Assembly: GCA_964247055.1 (NCBI GenBank)
Contig: OZ176053.1
Span: forward strand, 8,060,001 to 8,124,000
Reading direction: 5' to 3'
DNA from: Paragordius varius
Lineage: Eukaryota; Animalia; Nematomorpha
Length of the DNA stretch: 64,000 bases
The translations under genes and the position numbers were made by a program. Under the pieces are notes generated by a model. It saw only the letters and a list, made by a program, of their open reading frames with translations, did no database searches and was not told the DNA's origin. Position 1 is the stretch's first letter. Each line of letters opens with the position of its first letter. Shown here piece by piece: positions 35,680 through 50,257 of this stretch.

Positions 35680-38395
35680 CAGATATTATCATCATCATGG
35701 TTGCAGGTGTGTCTTTGCTTGTAGGCATATCCTTAGGATCGGTGTCTGGGGCTATAGATGATTGTCGGGAATCCCTGTTGGCAGCCTTTCTTCTGGCCTC
35801 GCATCTTCGCGCTCTAGCTCAATCCAGGCGCCGCTTTGTCTTTATATAACACGATTTCTTCTTCGATAAGTTCATTCTACCGCTCAGGGGTTTCCAGGTC
35901 CCATCCACCACTGCATCAATAATTCTATCATCGGATAATCCCACGCGGTTCATGAATAGGGCAATTCTTCCATACTATGAGCGTTTGTATTACCAATGCG
36001 CATTAGCTAACTTCCATTTCAATGCGTCCCGGAGAGGGATCCAGCCGAATTTAGTGGGCCATTATGTTCAGACCAGCTAAATGGATGGCCAGTCGTATGG
36101 GGGGCATTATTGTTTTTTTTTTCTGGATATAGCAGGGTAGTTGCGAATTTTTTGACGGCGTGTATGTGTCGCCAGTAATACGCCGGAAGCATTTTATAAA
36201 ACCTGTATTTTTCGATGTGTTTGGGTGGTGCGCCATATTGAAAAACCATATGTTGTGCGGGGAATAACAAGGCATTTAAGATTTTTAGTTTCAGCCCTAC
36301 AATTTTCGATTGCCACAAGCCTCCAAGTCCGTTAAAGATCAGGTTCGCCATGCTTAATCTATTGGACAATATTCCACGATACAGCCCTGATTATCTATTA
36401 TGCCCTGGTAACGGAACCTACTAACAACATCGATGTTACCATCGTCCAGGGGTAGTGAGAGCCTGTTGTTTTCTCCCTTCACCATTGCTTTGATTTTGGA
36501 GAGTTTATTGATAAATTGTGTAGTTCGTGCCGTAAGCTGTTAAGGAATGATTATATCAGATCCTTTGAGTTAATGGTGCAAAGGTCATCCGCATAACATA
36601 AGATGTGGAAGAATGTTGAATAGTGCGTATATTTTAAGGATGATATTATTCATTGCTAAGTTAAACAGTTTAGGGGAGAGTGGGCATCCGTGTTTAAAAC
36701 CTCTTATGGGGTGAATGTGGTTCGACCTAGCGTTGTCAGGCTGACTCGACACCTTTTCCGTGTAATAGGATATACAATAAAATTTTTCAAATTTTCATCC
36801 ATATTTAAGGTATCAAGCAAGCTGACAATATGATCTCTGTCTATCAGATCGAATGCCTTTTTGATGTTAACAAAACTAATGTTGAGCGGGTGGTGTAGTC
36901 TTATATATATAATGAGTGCACTAAATAAATCCGTTGTGCCACGTCCCTGTCAAAAACCACATATCATATAGCATGGTGAAGCGTATCCTCAACTTCCTCT
37001 AGTCGAGCAAAGAGCGATATTAGCAAACACCAGACTGTGTTTATAAGAGCGATGCCCCGGTAGCCATCTACTGTGTCGGCACCCTCATTTTTTCCTATAT
37101 TTATTATGTCAAAATCTAGTTCACTTAGTAGTATGCCATTTTCAAGCAGATTATTCATCACTGGTATTATGTTTTCCTTGCAATACTTTATCTCGTCAGC
37201 CCACATGTTTGTAAGACATCTGTCCGGTCCAGGTTTTTTATGTCCTTTTAGAATGCTATCTATTCGGAGAATGTCGAATCATTAAGCTTAACGGAGAAAA
37301 GATATTTTTAAATAGGATTTTGGCTATTTTCTGGGTCGTCTCCAAGCAGCTGGGTGTAATGTTTAGGTAATTCGTTTGAGTTAGCCTTATTATTATTATT
37401 TAAAGTGCCATCCATGCATAAGGCTGTCGATATTTTAGGTTGCCTTATAGGAATTGTATCATTGAGTATTGTACACGGAGGTCCTTGGCGTTTGAGGCTA
37501 ACGAGAAGAAGAATTTACTGACAAAAGCGGTGCGGTCCTTCTGTTTTATTTTATCCATCTTGCATCGTATCCATGCCCTCCTGCGACTCAGCATTCGAAT
37601 AACAATAAGGCACCTTTTGGTAGCGTCAGACATCCAATCTTCAGCAAGTCTCGGTTGTCGCCTTTCGCGTGCGATGAGTTCACGTTGGACAGATTTCCAT
37701 TCGTTCCTGGGGCCTATAAATTTCCTTATTGGTTTCAAATTAGCTTTAATCTCGGCACCTGGCAAGTGGTCGCTTAGTAATTGATAGTAATCAAAGCAAA
37801 ATATCCTTCCAACTTTTCTTATATTTTTGTTCAAGATGAAGTCGATTTGGGAGGAGCATACGCCTCTGGCCATGCGTGTGTACGGGCCCGTACCATTATT
37901 ATTAAAGTGGATGTTTCCGATGAGAAGATGACAACTTTCTTAAAAGCCTACCAATAATTTTCCGTGTGATGAGGATGCTTTTAGGGCGTTTTTGCTGATA
38001 CTTAATGAAATTAAATTTCTTCCAACGCGACAGTCAAGGTCTCCACATATCAGCAGCGTACAGGAACGCGAGATTTCGGTTTAAATTTGGGGCCTACAAA
38101 CACCTATCCTCTCATAACGTCGTTGGTTTATGGTAATGAGTAATCCGCTAGTCGATTAGAGTCTGAGATAAAATCGGTTACTCTGCGTAAAATATTGCGT
38201 TTCGCGAGAAATCCGAATCTTCCCGATCTGCCGCTGGCCTTCCTGAATAGTGCGAAATTTTGACCGAATCTCTCTCTACCATTGTTGACGCACCGCGTTT
38301 CTTGACCAAAAAATATTTTATTATCAGGCAATTTTAATAACATTGCTGTAAGTAATATGGTATTACATACCCGGACATTACCGTATGATAAACAT
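35680..38395 (-). mobile_element. Decayed single-ORF non-LTR retrotransposon, RTE clade (APE endonuclease + RT), near full length with stops and frameshifts
   Basis: APE motifs YGNVR, GQETR, GRFGFL, GKLLVGF...GNIHF, SQIDFIL, SDHLP. RT motifs YRGIALIN, FVNIKKAFD, RGFKHGCPLSPKLFN, YADDL (36584-36595). (TGA)n-like 3' tail near 35685-35698; higher GC than the flanks; no TSD found. Confidence 0.9.
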
Positions 38396-38485
38396 GCTTA
38401 AAAAAGATTTGATTTTGCTTTTTAAAAATTGGAAAAAAACGCAATTATCTAATAAAAAATATTGTATATTTATATTATAATATAG

Positions 38486-41400
38486 GTGTTTTCTATTGTA
38501 ATACTATTGTATTGGTATTTATATTGATAACTACCCTTCTTATCATACCAATAAAAGAAAATGTTATATTTGTTTTGTTTTTATTAATATTATGTGGTTC
38601 TAATATTGTAATAGATATATATGAAATAAAAATAAGTAAAGTTGAAATAATTTCCAAACTTGGGACTCTATGTGAAAAGCAAGATTGTAATAGTGCACAT
38701 AATTTAATTGGAAACACCTTAGTTTTGAAAAATAAAATATTCAAACATATCTCTAATATTAAACTTGTTAAAAATGATATAATTGCTTTGAAATTCGGCG
38801 ATGTTGTTCCCGCAAATTGCTATTTAGTTTTAATTAAATGATAATTTATTTGTTAGGGGATCCTAAAATATCTTTGAAATTTGGAAACATTTATAACGTG
38901 CATATATTGGATCGTTTAAGCGAAAAATTTGAAAATCTGAAGCCTTATTGGTTATTTGTTTGCTCAGACACTCCATGTCTAATGAAATATATCAAGTTAA
39001 CCTAATTTATAATATATTTTTAGAATAATACAGAATATAAACAGCCAGTATCCATTGTCATACATGGAACGTAATAAAGATCTATATATGAAAACTTTTA
39101 TTTTCGTAATCTTTCCATTGCATTTACTCTTTGCCACCATATTCTTCCTAGTTAGATATAATTTTATCGAACCAAATACTTTACAAAAATCAAGCAATTT
39201 ATATCATGTGTCACTTTCAATTGTCAGCATAGTGATTGCAACTTTTCCTTGCTTGCTTTTACCGCTCGGTGTTTTTTGGAAATTTGCAAATTTGATCGGA
39301 AATTCTTATCTTTATGGTTTTTATTGAATTTTTTGCTATATTTTTCTGACAATTTTGTATTTGTTTGAAAGAGGGTTGCGAACCAGGCCATTAAAATTGG
39401 AACCGCAACTAGGTTGTTCAAACTCATCCCGTTTAAGTGTATTCGCCCTGATTAGAAATCTTTTCAGCTTTATAGTCTATATTTATATTATGTCGCTTAG
39501 TCGATAAGGCAAATTAAATTTTTTAAAGATTTTTCTAAAGGTTTGTAATCAAAAAGAAATATAATATAATATAATACAAAAGCGCACAGTAGTTTTTAAT
39601 CTAGATGATTTATCAACTATTATCTTGAAAAAAGGCTTCAATAAAATAAAAAAATCCCTTTTTTTATTAAACGACTTTAATGTGGCTCTGTGTAAATGCG
39701 CTTAATAGAATTGTTTAATATAAACATAAAATACGGTCTATGCATTAAATAAAGTAAATTTTGTTAATGATTTAAATAAATACGTTTGACAACTTTTTTT
39801 TCATTAAGAATCTCGTGTGGAATTTCAAAAATCATAACATTAGTAAAATCGACGGTTTATGTATGGCTCATGATGTAGGATATTTTATCTTTATATCTTA
39901 AAGCAAAAAAAAACTATTTAAAATTGATACCATATCGTTATGACTTATTTAACAGCGGGTTTGTTTTTCTTAGTATTTACCCAAAATGCAAAATTACGCA
40001 AATCGAATGTTGAAGTAGAGGCCTTTGAAAAAGATTCCGAGTTAGTCGACGATGATGATGAGGATGAAACTACAAGTAGCAGTTCGTCTGACACCTCAGT
40101 CGATGAGAGTACAGATGCCGAAATTAACACTAACGGTCAAAACCTTAAAACAAACGAGCCTGATCAGTATGAATTAAATTTTATCCATGACAAAAAGGAA
40201 AATTACTCGCAAACAAATAAGAGGTATTTTTCCTTACCAATTTTACTAATATGTTTTTTTAATACCATCTTTAATTTAATTTTGTATATTTTTACATTTG
40301 AGGCAATCGAAAATTTGATTCGTCTTTTTCTAATGGCTAGCCATATTTTTAAATAAAATTGATTATTACTAAAATTATATAATTCTAATTACTATCTTTT
40401 ATCAATTAAACCTTGAAATTAGACATTTTTTACCACATATAATTTGTGTGAAATATTTTTCTTAAAATACAAAATGTATCGTGTGTTTCACACTCAAATA
40501 TTTATTTAGAAAAGGTGTAAATACATTTATTGGCGGATCCAAATACTCATCAACTTTGAACGCTTCTTCTTTGACCTCAAACTCTAAGCTTACTAACCGT
40601 TTGATTAATCGAACGTTCAAAAGGAAAAAGGGTATGCTATTATCATTATCCGGCTAATTCTAACTACCGTTACAGAAAAACTAAATGCCAATTTAAATTA
40701 TATAATGCTTTTATTCATAATTACTATTATTTAGGAACAAACATTAAATTTCATAAATACGTCGTGAATAAGCAAATAATAATACTTTTATTATAAAATC
40801 TTAATTATTCCCACTTATGCGTCGTCAGGTGTTTTTTAAAAATCAAAGAAATTAAGTAGGGCGGAATAAAATAATTAAATTTTGTGAACTATATTATTTT
40901 AAATTTATGGTGACAAGGGAAAATCGAAAAAACCGCTACTTTTGATTACTGCACATGTGATAATATATATTTAATAAAAAATATATGTAATAATTAAAAT
41001 TTATTATATGGATAAGAATGTTTCTAATTATGATTTTTTGCGTGAATATCCAGTTTTTCCGTCTGTTTAGTAGGCCGAGCATTGAATGAATAGAGCTTCT
41101 TTGGTTAATTTGGACTTAAGTCTTTTTTCAACAACTAAATTGTCTATCGAATTTGAGCATTGGGTATCTTTAACCATACAATGTTAAAAAATTGCTTAAT
41201 TTTTCCCATTCATGCTATACAAATGTAACTTTTATATCTCTTTTGTAACTCTCCAATGCACTTTGACTGACAATTTTGCTAATCTATTATACTGCATTTT
41301 TTAATTCAATGTCGCGAGTTCTCAACATTGTAAGAACGTTGGGGTTTTAATATTTCTAAGCTATGTGAAACGATCTCAAATATAAAATACATCATTGTCA

Positions 41401-44400
41401 ATCGATTCGGACGATACCGCGAATATTGAAGGTTACTATCAGACACAGGTAATACTAATAAGTAACAATCATCTACTAAGTCGCCAATCCTAATTATTTG
41501 TAAAAATATAAGTTTATCCCACAACGGAATTTTTCACTGTCAAAATTTTAACGAATTACCGTTGAAGCATATTACAATATATCACTAAAAACAGTTTATA
41601 GATTGAACTACAATAAGTTATAAACAAAGTATAGAGAGTCAAATAGATATATACTATGATTTGAAAGGCGAAATTTTACATGCATATTTAAGCTTAAATG
41701 CGGTAGATTTGAATCGTTAAACAAGTCCTTATTACCCAAGAAGCATTAATTATTCCTTGCTTAGGATATTTCCTATTAAACAGTCGATGAAGAACGGAAT
41801 ACCCACGCACAAATAAGAATCTTTATACGAACAATATCATTTTTATTTCAAACTCATCAATTATTAAACGTTTGAATTATATATTTTCTTTATATATGTA
41901 TATATAGTTGCGCCACATGTCAATATAAAAGTAATTTGCGATGCTTTCCATTATTTTTACCATTAATATAAATATTATAGATGACTTTTTATTTTATATT
42001 TTTAAATAACTCCTGAGGATGACTTTGGAGATTTAAAGTTTTTTCTTATATTCTTTCCTTATCCACGACGTATTTATATCTTAATTCACCTTTATCCTTA
42101 TTCACACAATTTAATCAATTTATAAAAACAATATTTTTTGCAATTCATTTTAAATACCCATAATAATATCAATTAATACATACTAATATAATCAAAATTT
42201 AATATACTCAGGGCGGAACACTAAACAATCAGCGTCAATTACTGACCAAAGTGTACGCAATTCTATAAAACATCATTACTCTTTTTTTGATCATCGTTTC
42301 AATTGTGAAAAATATGCGCATTTGACAGCTTTATTTCGCGCATTTATCTCAGCTGTGATCGGTAATAAAATTCTTCTAGTGTAGTTTTATCTATTTTTTA
42401 TACAAATTTAATTAACTATATCATTAAGTTTGTATCTAATTTAATTTAAGACAGTCAATATTATCTAATAACCAATCACAATAAATATTATAAATGCATA
42501 TATGAATTATTCAATTGGAAAATAGATGGAATTATGTTATTTTTAGTACAAGCAATTTTATCCTAGAATTTTTTTGATTTTAGGTAAATGTCCTTCCCTC
42601 CCACACAACCGTAATCCATTAGCCGTATTTAGTTCAGTGACTAACATTTGTGCCATTGATAAAGAAGGCGTTTTATCATGGTCAAATGCGTATCCACATA
42701 AAGTTTTGGTTATAGATTCCATAGAAAAATCTTTGCATCAACCAGCATCTAGTATCCCGAGCCCATTGTCTAAGAATGATGGAAATGATCAACAAGGTCA
42801 AATCCTCAAAGAAACACTTAAAAATAATTTAAATGCCCTTGGTATCGATTGGCAAACCGAATCAAATACTCCTCGTTTGACCATAGTAAACGACACTGTA
42901 TCGAAAGCCAAAATGTCGGCCAAGAAAGAGTCGCCATATAAACTAAAGGAAACATACATACATTTTTCGACAAAAGAGTTACCGCCGCACCCTTCTGAAA
43001 TCTATGAACAAGAGTAAAATATTGGATCTCTTCTTATTGAGTTATATTTATATTAGGGTTGTAAAAAAGATTTGTCGTTTAAAATGGCCGCTATATTTTG
43101 TATTAATTATAAAAGAGTCAAACTAACACGGCACTTATAAAATATTTGTTTAATTTTTAAAATTTATCTATTATTAATTGGCATAATGCAAAAAACATAT
43201 TATAATAATGGCTTGATTTTAAAAGCATGTTTAACATTGTCGTTTATAAAACAGTTTTATGCGCCTTTATGCAGTAAAATCATCTAAAAGGTCATCTCCC
43301 CAATGAAAAAGGGTAAGAATCGATCAAATCACAAAAATATTGACACAAGCTTAACTTTATTACAAACTTTTAAAAATTTTAATGATTAACTTTATTACAA
43401 ACTTTCAAAAATTTTAATGATTTATCTTACAGTCATATTAATTGGATTGAGTCATTTGTTGTCCCGGGCAGTCCTGGCCGTAGCCTGTCTCCAGAATCAA
43501 AGCGTCGACTCCTTAAACAGATGGGCATTTCAAAAACCGAAAATTCCAATCAAAACGGTGTTAGCAAGCAAACACCAGCGAAATTACGCATACCCTCCAC
43601 ATCAGGTTTGTTTTTAGATTACAGTATTTCAAATCATAAAAACAAAGTTCCAAAACTAAAAGATCAATAATTTTATATATAGAGCACTCCATAAATTATA
43701 TAATTACAATTTTTGGATATAATTTAGTGTACCAATTCACAAATCTATATTCCTTACTTTGTGTCAAACTATAAGTTGGGAAAACTATGGTTTTAAATGA
43801 ATAGTTTTTACTTATTTCTAGGCTTAATTTTTAGTAAATATACGATTTTATCTTTTATACGGGTATTTATTATATTTATCCTTTTATTTTTAAGGACACT
43901 CAGCTATAGAATTTTTGAACGAATTGATTTGCTATCCTTTATCGATAAGTCATGAACCGAATCATCCTGAAAAAATGACGTTTGAAGATACCCAATGGGC
44001 CACATTTATACCTAACATAAAAACTATGGTAATTAAATTTTTATGTTACAAACTTTGCAATATCTTATTATTTTATATGTCGGCTTGGTTAATATAACAG
44101 TAAAGGGACTGTATTTAACATTTATTTTATCCAAATATAAAATAAATTATAAAGTATGAAAATTATATGGTTTATCTAAATAAAGTATATCATTTTTAAA
44201 CCCTTTAAAACGGGTATAAAAGTATTTATTAATTCAAATGAACCAAATTTAATCAAAATTACAATATAAATATAAAATCTATTTACTTTAATATATTTAT
44301 AGGTTTACTCTTCATTAACAACTATTTGTAGCAACATATATAAACGTGAAATTACCGAATTTTTCAGTTTTCTTTCGCACACCCATAATTTCCAAATCAA

Positions 44401-47400
44401 TCCTCCCGAGTAAATTTTTTTATCAATAATTTGTAAAATTTTGAATAGTGTAATGTGAGAATACAAAAAATATTTTTTATCCCAATTAGTTGTCTATGTG
44501 ATTTAAATGATATAATTGCTCATCGATCCGCACACCATAGAACGACCTTAAATAAAAATGGTTCAATAAATAACCAGCATATTATGCAGCAAAATATCGG
44601 TAATAAGCCAAGTTCAAAACATAAAGGGGACAAATTATTTATAGGAATCTACAATGATGGTCAATTTTATTGTCCTCAAAATCAGAATCAGAGTGCTACT
44701 CATCACCCTTCATTTCTGTTTAGCGTTTTGATTCGAATCGAATCTCCCAAACATATTAACTCTAAAAATTTACGTCTCAAGCCTAATAAAAGTGAAGAAT
44801 ATCCTAAAGATGTCATCCACCACAAAAAGTATTATATGTTTAGTTGTGGGAGCCCTGATTTGTTACTAGATTATAGCTTTGATGCATGGGACGGAGAAGA
44901 TATAAAAGTTATATATGATGCGGGTAAAAAAAATTTAAGTTCTATTTAGTAGTGAAATGAAATTATTATTGAATGGATTTGTCATTTTTATTAAATGTGT
45001 TTCATGGAAGTCCTAACTTTAAGATACAGCTGTCTAAATTTTGAATCCATTATAACGTGGAACAATCAGAATATTAATATTAAATCATTTTTTTTAAAAA
45101 ATATCTTTAGAGTGGTATATATATTACCGAACGAAATTATAGAAAATAAAGGTAATTTTTAAAAAGGTTATAATGCGGATATTGAGCCATGAGATCTTTT
45201 TCTATGAGGATCAACTGTAATGCTTCTGTTTTTGCCAATATTATCAAATTTTCTTATAATGATAATATGAAAATGGACTTGAATCAACGTAGCTTTCCAC
45301 AGAGCAATGTAAATATCGTAATTTATGGCGGGATTTACTTCGTGGACACAAAACTCCGAATATGGAGTCCTAATATTATCCATCCATATTAGGGTTGTTT
45401 AAAATTTTTGGTGCTGAAAAAGTATAATCATATAGCTTTATATATAATGTAACATTATGAAAAACAATATTTCGATAGAGAACGCCAAACATAAAACTCA
45501 GCCTCGTTCTGATACATTTCAACACAAATGGTTGGAGAATTGTAAAAGGGAGCTCCTCACAACCGATGACTCAAATTGTATTGCTTTTGGATTTAAACCT
45601 GTATTGGCTCATGAAATTAAGCAAATACGTTCCTTTATATCATTATGGTTGAAGGAAAAAAATAAGCTAAATAAGGTTTTTTATGCTTGTATTAATTGTT
45701 ACGTTTGCATTTGTTTTATAAATATTAAATGATAAAACTTAGCCATAAATAGTACATATAAAGAGTTATATTTTATCAAAAATGTTATAACTCATATTGG
45801 TTATAATGGTAAATTAAATATTTCTTAAATGCTATCACAAAAAAGGTTAGGGTTCTTACGCATATAATATTTATTATTTTTATATGGTCAAACACTATTT
45901 GAATAAATATTAAGTAAAATGTTAAATACAAATAATTTTCATATCAAATAGACAATGTTATGAAAAAATAAACCAAACATTTGTAACCTATATTTATATC
46001 TTTTAAAAATATTATTTTATATTTAGTACGTTGTTAAAGTCTTTTCAGAATGTTTTTTGTTAATTTTTTATTAATATTATAAGATTTTTCATTTGATCAT
46101 AAATAGAAAATAAAGGTACTTTTTGCGGATCAAGATAGCCACCTGAAATTTCAAAGCCTTATGAATTTAAATTCTCTCAACCCAAATATATGCATCCCAA
46201 TATCAAAAGTATCTAATTTTTGTATTCAAATAAAAAAAATATATACTAACACTATTCTGTTTTGGTGCAATAGAATATTATTTTTCCAAAATATTTACTT
46301 TGTAAATGGCGGCTATCCCCTTATTAAATTATTTTATCTTTTAAAATTTTAGTTGGAATATAAATTTAATACATTTTTGGAATTTAAGAATGGTATGGCC
46401 TCTCAGATTTGAGTTTTTTTTATTAAATTTTATACCCGTTATGTTTATCATATTTTATTTTTATTTTTGATATTGGAAAATATTTTAAGATAATTTAGAT
46501 TAATATATAAATGACTGAAAATCTTTTTTTGCATATTGGCAACTTACATCCTTAATAAAAATATTTAAAAAATCATATATTCTATAGTGCTGCAAGCATT
46601 TTTTCGGTAATATCTTTACATAATCACGGTTATATCATTTGAAAAAAGGTATTAAATATTAATCAATTCATTTATAGCTTAGTAACAACAAAATCGAAAA
46701 TTTGAAAAAAATACATAATAAATTATGCTCAACCCTATTTCACCATCAATTATCACACACAAAACCACAACCTGCACGTCGAGACATTGATAAGACTGAA
46801 AAAGCGAAACAATCAAATTTGTTATTTACCCCTTTGAAAAACGATTGCATTTCCAACTCAAATAAAACTGCGGTTTGTGAGACTCCGATTGATTTACCAA
46901 CCTGTTCAATAAATCATGCAAATGATCATTTGATTGATTCCCCTAAATGTGAATCGGTTCAAGCCTTTTTCGCCCCAAATTCTTACGCAACATCCATTCA
47001 AGCATCATCGGATCATTCCTCAATCTCCAATTCTTCATACGCTTCTCTACCTGCCTATTTTGACACGCTCCCGATGGAATCAACTTTGAATGTGCAAAAT
47101 ATTGATAACGATACCGACAACAACATTATAACTTCATCAAGTGATCGGCCTATTGACAATTCACAAAATATGGTCTATAATGCGATCAATGATGATGAAA
47201 AAATTAGCGGATTGCATTTTCCCAATAAGCATCGGCTCAATAGAAATGTACAAAAATGTCTTTCCCTTATTGATGTAAATTACTTGCCGAAAAAAACCTA
47301 CCCAACAAAGGACAACCCCATTGCAAACAAATATAATAGCGATATGTATTTGCATGAGATACAAAAGATAAAAGAAACATCTTCTGTCTCTACGACCACT

Positions 47401-50081
47401 TCTTTAACTGACATGAAAGTGCGCACAGGTTGGTTGCATTTTAAATTTTTAACGTAAAATCTATGGATTATTATACATTATAATATGTTCTACCTTATTT
47501 TATATACTATGTAGAAAAAGATTGTCTCGATATCCAAAAAATATTGTCACATCAAGTATTGTTAGGATCCGTAACTTCTCAACACCCACCCAAAATTGAA
47601 TATTTTCAAATAATAGATAATTTGGAAAGTGCTTTTATTCGTTTTGTCTATTTTTCACGGCAGAATGAAAGTAGGAGCAGAGTGTTTGCAGAACGTATTG
47701 GATTAGATATTGGATGGAATTGTAGTATTTCATTAGCTCCTAGAAATCATCTAGGTATCCAAATATTTTTAACCCACAAACTGGATTTTACGGTTTTATT
47801 TATTGTTTAATGATCGATCGTTTTTTTTAAAATTTTTGTAAACTAACTCGCATTTCAACTTAAAAAAACTGATTTTATGGACGTTTTTGTTAAACATTTC
47901 GGGTTAACGATATACTCAACCTGTCTTATGGTATGTTTGAATTTTTTTCACCTAACTAAATCTGAATATTTATAAACGCTAATTTTTGTGATTTGGATTT
48001 TAAACAAACAATTTATAATTGAATTAATCCGGTTATTTATTACACATGATTAATCTATCATTTCTAAATATCTCAGCTCCTACAAATAAAACTACCATTT
48101 TTATTATAAAAAACGAAAATTGTTGTTAAATTTACTCATCAAATAAATAGTATCATTTAAAATAGATGAAAATACAAATAATCTCCCTGCTACCAATGTA
48201 TTACCACAAGGGATTGCAGAAATACGGACTCATATATCGAGTATTGACAATGTACCATTGTTGGTTCCTTTGTTTACCGATTGCTCCTATAAATTTTTTG
48301 AGAAATCTTATCCTGTCAATAATATCAACTTAAATAAAACTCCAACTCAATTGCCTAAAAAAGGCTTTATCAATAGAGGATTTAGTATGTTTTCTTCGAA
48401 TCGGGAAAAATTAGTTCAATATACGCCTCCTTCAGATGATAATTTGGTATTAGAGGATACAGTTCTTGGTAATTTCATATTATTGTATTCGCAATATATT
48501 TTAATATACAATATATAATTTACATAAAAATTATTTATGAAAAATGTGATAGATATGATAAAAATTATGCAAGAAAACCACGAAGTTGTCATTTGCATAG
48601 GGAATGGGGACAATATCGAAAATTTTGGTCGTTTTACGGCAGCCGATCTTTCTGTTGCCGTAAAAGCTTTACCGCCTAAACATTGTATGCATAATCAAGG
48701 TCAGCCAAATTATCAAAACCAATTATTACCGTATCATAATAACTCTAGAAACAAGTTGGGTAACACAAAGCAAACATATCCAAAGACAATTAATACAGCA
48801 CCGTTAAGCTCCGCTCACGATTGTGATCATTTATGCATGGGGCTAAATACTCTTTTTTGCTCATATACGTTTGATAGCTGTGATAATTTGTGCCTAACAC
48901 GTATCATTAAAAAAGTATATGTATATTGTTATGTGTATAAATTCTTTTTATAGTCCAGTCGATATAAACTTTAACGTTACCAATTTTTATAACTTACGAT
49001 TTTATATTTGAAGGCTCGTCAAATATCGTCAAACCTTATATCCAGTTGCATGTTTATGGCATATTTCAGTATGTATTTTGCTACAACGTACCTCATAGCA
49101 TACATCATTTATATCCCAACCCTTTATAATGCGTATGATACAGTGTGGTTATTTTCTGTCCTCTGTCCATCACTTATGATTTCGCTATTGGCTAATCCTG
49201 CCAAACTTAAGGTTATGGATATGGCTACACCCAAAAACATTGTTGTTTCCAAACAAAAAATTATGTCTCAAATTTGTTTTTTTCTTGGCAAGTATACTTG
49301 TCACCTCATAACGACATTACTAGTTCAAGGACTAATTTTATCATCGCTCATGGGCGCTTTTGATATTGGTCCAAATGGTGTTTTTACGTATCCCTAGTAA
49401 CTATTTCTTTATCGACTTTAAAATAATTGTTAATTAACTTGAAAAAGTATCAGAGTAATTTATATTTTTTTATTTTTAAAACTTTTTGGGATGTAATGTG
49501 TTTTAACAAAATATCACGATCATTTCGTAATCTTTTTATTATTCTACAGTTTAAACACTAAATCCACCGCCGAGGATAAATTGCAAAAGAAGACACAATT
49601 TATTGGATATATTTCTAGGCCAACATATCACATCCTAATCCGTTTAAGTCAAAATTTGATGGCATTTCATTTTTGTTTCAACATACTCATTATGTCATGT
49701 TCATTCGTGTACCGATTTAACCATGTCCTAAAACGTAATCCATTACGCAATCCGGTTTGGAGATTTGTGGTCCCAAGTTTGTTATGTGTTCAACTCATTT
49801 ATACAACTCTAACTCTATGTCATTATGCTTCAAATTTTTTAGCTGAAAACGATATTAAACTTATCCCTAATCAACACGTTAAATGGAAATCCATGATTGT
49901 TTTAATGAGTGTATTAAGATTAATACCATACTATGTATGGATCCTATATTTCGCAACGCCCTTCATCAATAACTTATGCTTTGAACTGATCAAACGCCGG
50001 GAAACAAAAATATGGGCCAAAGAACAAAAACGAATAAAATTGAATTTTGGCACAAAATTGGGCATGCATTCGCCATTTTAA
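38486..50081 (+). CDS. TMEM94: Transmembrane protein 94 (KIAA0195; degenerate P-type ATPase-like), ~18 exons seen; first exon(s) and ATG not identified
   Basis: IALKFGDVVP; SVTNICAIDKEGVLSW; FEDTQW; AWDGEDI; CIAFGFKP; FIRFVYFS...SRVFAERIGLDIGWNCSISL; LPQGIAEIR.HI..IDNVPLLVPLFTDC; MIKIMQE..EVV.CIG; C-terminus KLNFGTKLGMHSPF* (TMEM94 KLQFETKLGMNSPF). The 38486 exon starts after a tatag acceptor with no in-frame ATG upstream. Confidence 0.93.
40800..41330 (-). mobile_element. Penelope-like element relic (GIY-YIG plus downstream pseudo-LTR) in a TMEM94 intron
   Basis: Minus-strand translation NCQSKCIGELQKR...CSNSIDNLVVEKRLKSKLTKEALFIQ resembles C..C...YIGET.R...C..SIDNF.IL....L.IKEALFI. A CTGACGA-c-GCA-taag-TG-ggaa hammerhead-like core lies at 40807-40829. 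Confidence 0.6.
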
Positions 50082-50257
50082 TTGAAAACCAAAATCTTAT
50101 TTTTGTGGGCACAACAGTGGAAACTAAAATATAAACGGATATAGTTTAAGATGCATTTTGTATATAACCAAAATATTTTAATAATATTTGTGTTGTGTAA
50201 ATATTTATTAAATAAATATTCTATGGTATTGCTTCATTGAATGATAAATCCATTGCT

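Noticed and set aside
45168-45392. Overlapping ORFs as a TMEM94 exon or nested gene
   Set aside because: TMEM94 splices in phase from 44924 to 45478 without them; no recognisable motif.
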